The translations under genes and the position numbers were made by a program. This document shows positions 56,868 to 64,000 of a stretch of 64,000 nucleotides of DNA, one piece after another. The DNA comes from Candidatus Thorarchaeota archaeon (GTDB taxonomy: Archaea; Asgardarchaeota; Thorarchaeia; Thorarchaeales; Thorarchaeaceae): contig JBHIAE010000010.1 of NCBI GenBank assembly GCA_046758445.1, positions 8,686-72,685 of the forward strand. Reading direction: 5' to 3'. Each line of letters begins with the position of its first letter. Position 1 is the first letter of the stretch. The notes under the pieces are model-generated. The model was given only the letters and a program-made list of their open reading frames with translations. It ran no database searches and was not told the origin of the DNA.

Positions 56868-58022
56868 CTAGAAGCTCTGGCGTTTCCTCTTCTTTCTGGC
56901 GTACCAGCTATGATCTTCAATACCTTTGGAAATCTCCCAGAGTCGGGTTTCATAGAAAGCAAGTGGATGGAGAATATACTCGCACAGGGGGTCGAATACT
57001 GTGCCTAGATATACTGGGCAGAGGCTATTGCCCTGCATCTTCTTGCATCCCGGCGGTGTGTAGCCCTCTCCAGCCGACTTTGAAGAGATGTGACGTACCT
57101 GATACTCAGCTAGATTTCTAACAAAGTCAGGCGCTGCTTTGAAGACTCCCATGACCTCTTCTTCTGTCATTCCAATCTTGAGTAGGAATGCGGCCAGGGC
57201 AAAACGAGCCTCATGAGAGAGGTTCTTTCCTTGGATGGAGTCTTGATGCAATTGGGCAATGCAGGGAGGAAATGCCGTGCTTACGTCTGCAGTAATCTTG
57301 ACTGGCTTCCTGTCTCTGATCCTCGTTGTCATCTCAGATTCTATTCTTTGAACGGCCTCAGTCAAACGCATTGGAAGTGTGGGCACATCCATTGTGCTCC
57401 GAAGAATCAGCTGCTTGAACCTCCCGGATATCAAGCGATGAAGCTCTGACTTGCGTATAGGCACCCACCCCGACTCAAGATGACGATTGATGAGCTTCCA
57501 CTTCTTACTGTGAAAAGTGGGAGCGACTTCAAGAAAATCTTCAAACCTGATTCGAAAGTTGAAACTTCTCAACATCAGTGGCAGTTTCGAACGTTGAGTT
57601 TCAGATCCTGTGGATTCTATGGTCCAACCAAAAGAGGACTCACACATCTCGATTACATTGCGATCCTTCTCCTTAGACAGATGTTTGTTCACAGCCTTGG
57701 ATTCTGCCTCGGCCTGATACTCCTTCAGTCTTGGATGCCCTATCTTCTCTACAATGAGTCGCGCAGCCGGGTAGACTAACACCGCTTCCTCTGTGTCAAT
57801 GTTGGGAATCTTGATCTCAGACTGCATTAGTGCCGCATACACACGCTTTTCGGCTTCCTGCACGACATACCCATTCTCAGGGTCCTCTAGAATCTGGATG
57901 AGGGTTCGGACGTCCCGAGCCAATTTCTGCGTCGCGGCCCTCGCCTCAGCTGAGAACGGATACTGTAGCAGTTGCAGATCTAATGCCACAAGCTTCGCAC
58001 CTATCTGTTTCTCTGACTCCAC
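56868..58022 (-). CDS. priL: DNA primase large subunit
   Basis: YPF, WKLINR..GWV, FPPC, HEARF, YQVRHI, YTPPGC..LC..HPL. Confidence 0.92.
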   Translation of the reverse strand: MESEKQIGAKLVALDLQLLQYPFSAEARAATQKLARDVRTLIQILEDPENGYVVQEAEKRVYAALMQSEIKIPNIDTEEAVLVYPAARLIVEKIGHPRLKEYQAEAESKAVNKHLSKEKDRNVIEMCESSFGWTIESTGSETQRSKLPLMLRSFNFRIRFEDFLEVAPTFHSKKWKLINRHLESGWVPIRKSELHRLISGRFKQLILRSTMDVPTLPMRLTEAVQRIESEMTTRIRDRKPVKITADVSTAFPPCIAQLHQDSIQGKNLSHEARFALAAFLLKIGMTEEEVMGVFKAAPDFVRNLAEYQVRHISSKSAGEGYTPPGCKKMQGNSLCPVYLGTVFDPLCEYILHPLAFYETRLWEISKGIEDHSWYARKKRKRQSF

Positions 58023-58080
58023 ACATCAGTAACCAGGACGAGCAAATAAAGTGTCCTCAGAACGCTGCCTTGGTTTCCTA

Positions 58081-58620
58081 TCAAGTGCGTCCTAGGACCA
58101 AATCGGACCTTACAAGCAGGTTCATGAACTCACCGAGACTCTGACGCAGGATCTCCGGGTCACTATATAGCTTCTTCAGAGAGGTCCTACGTCTTTCGAT
58201 TGATGGCGTACCTGCTTCGTTCACGAGCTTGTATGCAGCGTTAGGCCGCTCAACCCACCTGCAGAGCTCGTCATTCTGATCGCTGAGGAAGAGGACCACA
58301 GGAGTCTTTCGCTTGCCATTCACCTTGAACTGTTGATGCAGATTTGCGTTCTTGTCGCTGTCAAGGACTCTCAGCTTGACCTTTGGAGTGAGAGAAGCCA
58401 TTCGTGCAAGTACTGGAATGTTTCCAGCAGTATCGTTGCAACGGTCTGTACCAATGACAAGTATCCTGATCTCATTCTGAATGCTGCTCAGAATCTCTTG
58501 CTCAGCTTCGTTGAGCATCAGGTCATTGAATCTCGCCTTCATCAGCTCAACATTCTCTCTGGCCTTCTTCAGGAAGCTTTTGTATTCTACTGCAGAGTCC
58601 CAGTCTGCATTCTCACACAT
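58081..58620 (-). CDS. Thioredoxin_9 family protein
   Basis: VIGTDRCNDT..P, NGKRKTP, WVERP. Confidence 0.75.
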   Translation of the reverse strand: MCENADWDSAVEYKSFLKKARENVELMKARFNDLMLNEAEQEILSSIQNEIRILVIGTDRCNDTAGNIPVLARMASLTPKVKLRVLDSDKNANLHQQFKVNGKRKTPVVLFLSDQNDELCRWVERPNAAYKLVNEAGTPSIERRRTSLKKLYSDPEILRQSLGEFMNLLVRSDLVLGRT

Positions 58621-58760
58621 GCATTACCAACTCAGCGTTCTCTGAGAATTCTACTGGCTCATGGACCAGCATTCTCATATCACTGCGACAGAATAAAAGG
58701 ATTGTCCGCTATGCTTGGGTCAGCTCAAGACTAGGTTACAACTCAATAGGTAATTCCAGA

Positions 58761-59453
58761 GTGGAGTATATGAACCAGAACGTGGTCAAAGATCTAATGC
58801 AAGACCTGAAAGAGCAGGCGAATCCTGCCAAAGCAGAGCACGTTGCCAAGTACATGAAGACTTCACGTCTTCGTTTTCTCGGAATTCAAATCCCCCAAAT
58901 TCGAAAGACTGCGCGCACGCATATCCGGTCACTTCCGATTGAGGATCTACCTGAGGTAGTAGGCTTGCTATGGAGAGAGAGTACCTTCGACTTCAGACTT
59001 GCAGCAATTGAGATCATGGGGAAGTACTCTGCAAAGGGGGATGTACAGAAGGCCCTCGACATGATCTCAGATATGATTGACGACATAGACACATGGTCCC
59101 TTTGCGATCCTCTCTGCATTGTATGTCTTGGGACACTTCTCATTCGAGATTGGTCGGTCGGGAGGACAATTGCAGGTTGGCGTCATAGCGACAACTTTTG
59201 GAGACGTCGTTCCACGATATTGCCATACCTCCACCTGTCAAAGAAGAGTTTCTATCGAAAGGACTATGCTGCCAAGGTGCTAGCTGCAATGGAACCCCAC
59301 GTCACTGACAAAGAGTTCTTCGTGGGTAAGGCCGTCGGTTGGGTGTTGCGGGAATTGAGCAAGCGAGAGCCTGAAATCGTAAGACGTTACTTAGAAGAGA
59401 ACAGAACGAAGATGACAAAACTCGCATTCAGAGAGGGGAGCAAGAAACTCTAG
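58761..59453 (+). CDS. AlkD-like DNA alkylation repair protein
   Basis: YMK..FLGI..P..R, TWSLCD, NFWRRR, EFFVGKAVGWVLRELSK, REGSK. Confidence 0.88.
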   Translation: MEYMNQNVVKDLMQDLKEQANPAKAEHVAKYMKTSRLRFLGIQIPQIRKTARTHIRSLPIEDLPEVVGLLWRESTFDFRLAAIEIMGKYSAKGDVQKALDMISDMIDDIDTWSLCDPLCIVCLGTLLIRDWSVGRTIAGWRHSDNFWRRRSTILPYLHLSKKSFYRKDYAAKVLAAMEPHVTDKEFFVGKAVGWVLRELSKREPEIVRRYLEENRTKMTKLAFREGSKKL

Positions 59454-59512
59454 AGGAGTACTTTCAGTCATCTGTTTATCTTTTGAGCAAGCCCACCTGA
59501 CAAGATTGTGCA

Positions 59513-59847
59513 ATGACAGAGAAGATGCTTGCGTACTGCGGTCTGGATTGTGCTGACTGCTTGGCTTACAAGGCATACATTACCGACGACGAACAACTTC
59601 GTTTGGAAACCGCTCAGCAGTGGACCACTCCTGAGTATTCGGTTGTTCCTGCAGACATCAATTGTGTTGGATGCAAATCCGCCGAAGGACCTCATTTCGA
59701 GTGGTGCGGAGAATGCCCAATGCGAGCATGTGGAAAACAGCGTAGAGTCGAAACATGCGCGCACTGTGGAGACTTCATCTGCGACAACGGCAGGCAGGCG
59801 AGGAGAACATCAAGCGACTTGAAGTGATTCGTGCATCTCTGGTGTAA
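59513..59847 (+). pseudogene. DUF3795 Cys-rich protein, frameshifted near the C-terminus
   Basis: AYCGLDC..C.AY, CVGC, C..C.MR.C, CAHC; the natural-looking tail QAGEENIKRLEVIRASLV* is in another frame after about 59788. Confidence 0.65.
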
Positions 59848-59936
59848 TTGCCAATGGCGCCAGGTCTTCAGGATTAGTTTCGGAGTCCTGTTGTGCTTAT
59901 TTATCTTGGACTGGAGAAACTATTGGAGAGTCTGGT

Positions 59937-61067
59937 TTGAAGAGAGCAGGTGTTGCTGACCTTAAGCTCCATCCGGGGAAAGCACCACATTGGCTAGTAA
60001 AACGAATGATGCCAATGGCCAGTTCCATCTGCGAGTTCATTTCGAATGAGTACGGAACTCAAGAACTCCTACAGCGACTCTCTGATCCTGTATATTTCCA
60101 GGCATTGTCGAATGTCCTTGGCTACGATTGGGACAGCTCAGGATCCACCACAGTTACATGCGGCGTGCTGAAGTCAGTGTTGAACTGGGAGAGGCATAGC
60201 ATGGTTGGCGTCGGTGGCAAAGGTCTGGCCTCTCGCAGGGTGCCCGAGCAGCTCCGAGCACTGGAAGACTTTGGTCTTGATGGGTTTGGGCTGTCGGAGA
60301 TTAGCAAGGCTGTGGCGAAGGTGGACAATGCCGCGGTACAGGACGGATACCAATTGTACCAACACGTCTTCTTTTTGGACAACGACGAGAACTGGACTGT
60401 TGTGCAACAAGGGATGGACAACAAGTCAAACGATGCTAGAAGGTACCACTGGACGTCAAAAGAAGTCGAGAGCTTCATCGAAGAGCCTCATACTGGAATG
60501 ATTTCAGGCCTTGTCAAAAAGACAACGCTCAACTTGACTTCAAAAGAATCCGACAATTGCAGAAAGACAACTCTTGATGTCGTGAGAGAAGAACCACGTC
60601 GTGTGAGAAGACTCTTCGAAGATGTGAAGGCATATGGGGAGAGCACTCTCATACCTTGGATTGAGAACGATGGTTGCTCGAAAGAGCTTCCCTCCTACAA
60701 GGTTATTCCTAGAAGGATGGACTGGAATGCAGTTCGGAGGGCGTATGAAGTCCAACCCTCCGGATACGAAGACCTTCTCTTCATGGATGGAATGGGACCC
60801 GCGACCGTACGGGGTCTCTCGCTGATATCTGAGATGATCTTTGGAGCGGCGCCCTCGTGGTCGGATCCCGTTCGTATGACGTTTGCCTTTGGAGGTAAGG
60901 ATGGCGTTCCGTTCCCGGTCCCTCGTAAGAACTATGATGAGGCAATCGCTTTCATGGAGCAGGCACTGAACGATGCAAGACTCGGTAGGAGGGACAGGGT
61001 TCTGGGACTCAAACGCCTCCGTAAGTTTGCGCCACCCGTACTGAACCAAGAGGTTCGTGCCGCATAG
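59937..61067 (+). CDS. DUF763 family protein
   Basis: ADLKLHPGKAP.WL, DWDSSGSTT, AKVDNAAVQDGY, QQGM, GGKDGVPFPV. Confidence 0.9.
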   Translation: MKRAGVADLKLHPGKAPHWLVKRMMPMASSICEFISNEYGTQELLQRLSDPVYFQALSNVLGYDWDSSGSTTVTCGVLKSVLNWERHSMVGVGGKGLASRRVPEQLRALEDFGLDGFGLSEISKAVAKVDNAAVQDGYQLYQHVFFLDNDENWTVVQQGMDNKSNDARRYHWTSKEVESFIEEPHTGMISGLVKKTTLNLTSKESDNCRKTTLDVVREEPRRVRRLFEDVKAYGESTLIPWIENDGCSKELPSYKVIPRRMDWNAVRRAYEVQPSGYEDLLFMDGMGPATVRGLSLISEMIFGAAPSWSDPVRMTFAFGGKDGVPFPVPRKNYDEAIAFMEQALNDARLGRRDRVLGLKRLRKFAPPVLNQEVRAA

Positions 61068-61097
61068 TCTACTATCGTCAGAACCGAAGTATACAAT

Positions 61098-61937
61098 TTG
61101 CCGATTGACCGTGACAGTTTCATGATTGAGATAGAACCATATGATGAAACCGTGACCTGTATCAAGACAGCGGCCGAGATTGATGGAGATGTCATCATGT
61201 GGGCATACTCCTTCTTGATTGGGGACACGCTCTTCGACGCTGGTTGTCCAAATGCAATCGAGGAGTTCAAGGAGTTTGCATCCAGTCATGAGATTAGGCA
61301 TGTCTATGTGTCACATTCCCATGAGGACCATTCAGGCTGCTGTTCCGCACTTGCAGACAGTGCTCTCATCTATGCTACGCCTCCAGTGGCCAAGGCACTA
61401 AGAGAACCCCCGGAACTAAGTGACTTCTTTGTGATGGTCTGGGGTCAACCCGAACCGGTTGACGAGGTCCAGCATATGCCAGATACGTTCAGTGTTGGCG
61501 TTTTGAACTTCGAAGTCATACCGCTTCCTGGACACAACAAGGACATGGTTGGATTCTACGAACGGAAGAGAGGATGGCTCTTTTCTGCGGATGCCGTCCC
61601 CTTGCCTTCAAGAATGCGCATGGCAATGAGCGATGAGAACCTTCCGCAGACCATTGCCACATTAGAGAGGATACAGGAACTTGATCTGAGTGTGCTCTTC
61701 GACAGCCACAGGGGACCGGTTGAAAGTCCTCGAGAACACATTCAGGTACGTATCGACTATCTAAAGGACCTTCAGAACAAAGTCAGAGAACTGCATGCGA
61801 AAGGGCGATCCATTCCGGAGATTCAAGAGGATCTGCAGTTTGAGGGCCCTTGGTATGTCGAGCTCACCAAAGGCAGGTTTGGCATAGACTACGTGATTCG
61901 ATCTCTCATCCATGACAGCGATTCCGATAGCCCATAA
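61098..61937 (+). CDS. MBL-fold metallo-hydrolase
   Basis: SHSHEDHSG, PGH, FSAD, SHRG. Confidence 0.88.
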   Translation: MPIDRDSFMIEIEPYDETVTCIKTAAEIDGDVIMWAYSFLIGDTLFDAGCPNAIEEFKEFASSHEIRHVYVSHSHEDHSGCCSALADSALIYATPPVAKALREPPELSDFFVMVWGQPEPVDEVQHMPDTFSVGVLNFEVIPLPGHNKDMVGFYERKRGWLFSADAVPLPSRMRMAMSDENLPQTIATLERIQELDLSVLFDSHRGPVESPREHIQVRIDYLKDLQNKVRELHAKGRSIPEIQEDLQFEGPWYVELTKGRFGIDYVIRSLIHDSDSDSP

Positions 61938-61972
61938 GTCATAAGGACAGAATCAGTAGTGTATGGCGAGCA

Positions 61973-62302
61973 ATGATACTAGAGCTGGGAATAATCCTGT
62001 TTGTCTTTCTATTTGCAGCAGCCACTCCGCTCATCTTCCCTTCTCTGATGTTGGACATGATAGGACACATCCTTGGCAACCGTCCCAACGACTATGAGGG
62101 CTGGACCTACTATGGAGGCCTCCTCATCAGAGCAGGTCGACATGAAGAAGCAGTTACTGCGCTTGTCAAGGCCGTCACTCTGCGACCGGACTACTCAAAG
62201 GCATGGGAGAAGCTCGGTTATGCATACACGATGACTGGAGATTCAGAACGTGCTGCAGAGGCCTACCGCCTAGCCGCTGATGATGACAGATTCCTAATCT
62301 AG
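61973..62302 (+). CDS. Membrane-anchored TPR protein
   Basis: Hydrophobic N-terminus, then two TPRs (AV.ALVKAVTLRPDYSKAWEKLG). Confidence 0.75.
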   Translation: MILELGIILFVFLFAAATPLIFPSLMLDMIGHILGNRPNDYEGWTYYGGLLIRAGRHEEAVTALVKAVTLRPDYSKAWEKLGYAYTMTGDSERAAEAYRLAADDDRFLI

Positions 62303-62320
62303 TTCTCTACATAATCCAGG

Positions 62321-63208
62321 TCACGTACGTGGTTTCCTTCTCAGCGCGCGGCGTTCTCTGTCGCTCATATCGCGTCCGGTGACGTCCTCTCTTCCCACGG
62401 CTCGCAGACGGACAAGTGCATGAGGATATGGATCGAGGTACTCCTCCTCGACACCTCTGCGCACTGAAGGATCTATCTCATTCAGTCTATCGAGAATCGT
62501 TCTCTTCTCCTCATCCGAAGTGAATCTCGGGTCAACGACCACAGCAACGTGGAAGGATGCCCCTGCATCCCATAGTCGCTCAGCGGCCTTGAAAGGAAGG
62601 TCCAGAAACTCTGATGAACAACCTGTCTTCTCAGTGAAGTTGTCAGGCAGACCCCCACGAATCGAAAGACGAACATGCCCGACAGTATCTCCTTCTCTTG
62701 AGGCGTATCTTGCTAGGCGAGAGGCAAGTCCATCCTCTATGGCTAGGACAACGCCGTTTGTTTCAATCACGAAGAGGTCAAATGCACCAGCATCTCGATG
62801 AACGAGTTCGAGAATCTGACACAAATGGTCTGGACACAGTGTAGGTTCTGCCCCACTAACCCTGGCACGTCTGAAACCCCTCTCAGTCATTATGTTTCGA
62901 AGCTTTGAGTACACCTCATCTGGAGAGTAGAACTGACCATATTGCTCAGGCCAATCACGGCTCCAGTCAACCCAGCAGAATATGCATCTATAGTTGCACC
63001 CTACTGAGTAGGCCGTCGCAATTCCTCCGTAGACACCGACGGCATAGAACTCTGTGTACTTCCGATGTGGAACTCCATCTACGACCTTACATACTGTCCT
63101 ACGAGTGGCCTTTGTTAGCCGGACTGGGTCAAACGGGAATGGAGGAAGGAACTGACCGTCCGGGCCACGTTCTGCATAACGGACAGGCCTGTTATTTGTG
63201 TCCGGCAT
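62321..63208 (-). CDS. Radical SAM protein
   Basis: GCNYRCIFCW, RVSGAEP, IETNG. Confidence 0.88.
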   Translation of the reverse strand: MPDTNNRPVRYAERGPDGQFLPPFPFDPVRLTKATRRTVCKVVDGVPHRKYTEFYAVGVYGGIATAYSVGCNYRCIFCWVDWSRDWPEQYGQFYSPDEVYSKLRNIMTERGFRRARVSGAEPTLCPDHLCQILELVHRDAGAFDLFVIETNGVVLAIEDGLASRLARYASREGDTVGHVRLSIRGGLPDNFTEKTGCSSEFLDLPFKAAERLWDAGASFHVAVVVDPRFTSDEEKRTILDRLNEIDPSVRRGVEEEYLDPYPHALVRLRAVGREDVTGRDMSDRERRALRRKPRT

Positions 63209-63229
63209 CGCATATATCCCATCCTCTAG

Positions 63230-64000
63230 TCAGCGCTTCTGCTTCCCTTTCTTCTTGCGCCTCTCAAAACGATCTGAGAACGATCGAGTTGCCTTTTCCC
63301 GCTCCTTCTCAGCCCTAGCGGCTTTCTTCTGTCTCGAGCAGTTTATTCTAGCGGCCCGACCTAGACTCGTGACACGCTCAGCTTCCTTTTTGTCGCCTCT
63401 CTTCTTGTAGAGTTTCCTTGCACGCTCCCAAGTTTCAGAGGCTGAACAGAAGTCGTCAAGTCGAGCGAAGTTCGTTGCCTGTGCATCGAATAGATCAGGA
63501 TCGTCCTTTACAATCGATGTAAGCCGGTCCCAAGCTTTTCGAGCTTCTGCCCAGTCCTCTAGCTCCATCGATGTGAATCCAAGGTTCCGTAGAGCGGAGA
63601 TGTGTTTCTTGTCGCGGACCAGTGCACGTTGAAAGTGCTTCACTGCCTCTTTGAGTCGTCCTGCCTTATACTCTACCATACCCATGGTGTTCACAATGGC
63701 CGCGTCGGCTGGATCAATTTCATAGGCCTTCTTCAATGCCTTCATCGCTGATTTGTGCCTTTCAGCACGAATATTGACGTCTGCAAGAACACGCCAAGCT
63801 TCGATATCCTCAGGGGCGATCTTAGATGCTCTCTCTGCTGACTTGACAGCATCCTTCCATTTCTCTAACATCGAGAAACCAATAGCCTGATGGATTAGGG
63901 CCGGAACCAGGTCAGGTTCTAACGAGAGTGCTTGCGAGTAGCTCTTGACACCAGCTTTGAAGCGTCCCAACTCCAGCTGGATGTCACCCATTCGTACCCA
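63230..64000 (-). CDS. TPR-repeat protein (5'-partial)
   Basis: Multiple TPRs; frame open to the window end. Confidence 0.8.
   Translation of the reverse strand, partial: WVRMGDIQLELGRFKAGVKSYSQALSLEPDLVPALIHQAIGFSMLEKWKDAVKSAERASKIAPEDIEAWRVLADVNIRAERHKSAMKALKKAYEIDPADAAIVNTMGMVEYKAGRLKEAVKHFQRALVRDKKHISALRNLGFTSMELEDWAEARKAWDRLTSIVKDDPDLFDAQATNFARLDDFCSASETWERARKLYKKRGDKKEAERVTSLGRAARINCSRQKKAARAEKEREKATRSFSDRFERRKKKGKQKR

Noticed and set aside
58613-58678. Short upstream ORF (MRMLVHEPVEFSENAELVMHV*) as a frameshifted N-terminus or Sec read-through of the thioredoxin_9 gene
   Set aside because: Its TGA is in a different frame from the main ORF, which has its own ATG and a plausible length; cannot be supported without orthologues
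60540-61301. Long antisense ORFs (e.g. 60540-61301, 14813-15397, 33619-34185, 22057-22593)
   Set aside because: They are shadows of well-supported genes on the opposite strand and have no motifs of their own
1-64000. CRISPR array, rRNA, transposase or integrase
   Set aside because: No regularly spaced repeats, rRNA-like stretches or recombinase/transposase motifs were seen
1-64000. Selenocysteine or pyrrolysine recoding
   Set aside because: No in-frame TGA found at a Cys-equivalent position; thioredoxins use Cys; TAG ends many intact genes (vps4, vps25, aspS, udp)

Overview
Gene-dense chromosomal segment of an archaeon. The ESCRT genes (Vps4, Vps25, EAP30) together with archaeal core genes (PolB1, PriL, ArcS/RaSEA, FBP aldolase/phosphatase, ABCE1, NurA-HerA-Mre11-Rad50) point to an Asgard archaeon, probably Thorarchaeia (inference, no phylogeny run). 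It holds about 58 CDS/pseudogenes and two tRNA-Arg genes; I saw no rRNA, CRISPR array or transposase. Most notable: (i) an apparent fusion of an ESCRT-I Vps28 N-terminal domain to an ESCRT-II EAP30 (Vps22/36) domain beside vps4-vps25; (ii) an IFT52/GIFT + coiled-coil + steadiness-box-like protein and a cytosolic protein with mu-homology-like motifs, which together suggest a possibly ubiquitin-independent membrane-sorting module; (iii) a TPR/Zn-finger gene inserted between two GT-C glycosyltransferase paralogues and flanked by a 147-bp, ~82% identical direct repeat of the gene junction; (iv) several intact metalloenzyme homologues that have lost metal ligands; (v) an att-like 9-bp repeat between tandem tRNA-Arg genes and a candidate C/D-box sRNA. 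All family assignments come from motif recognition by eye, not database searches.
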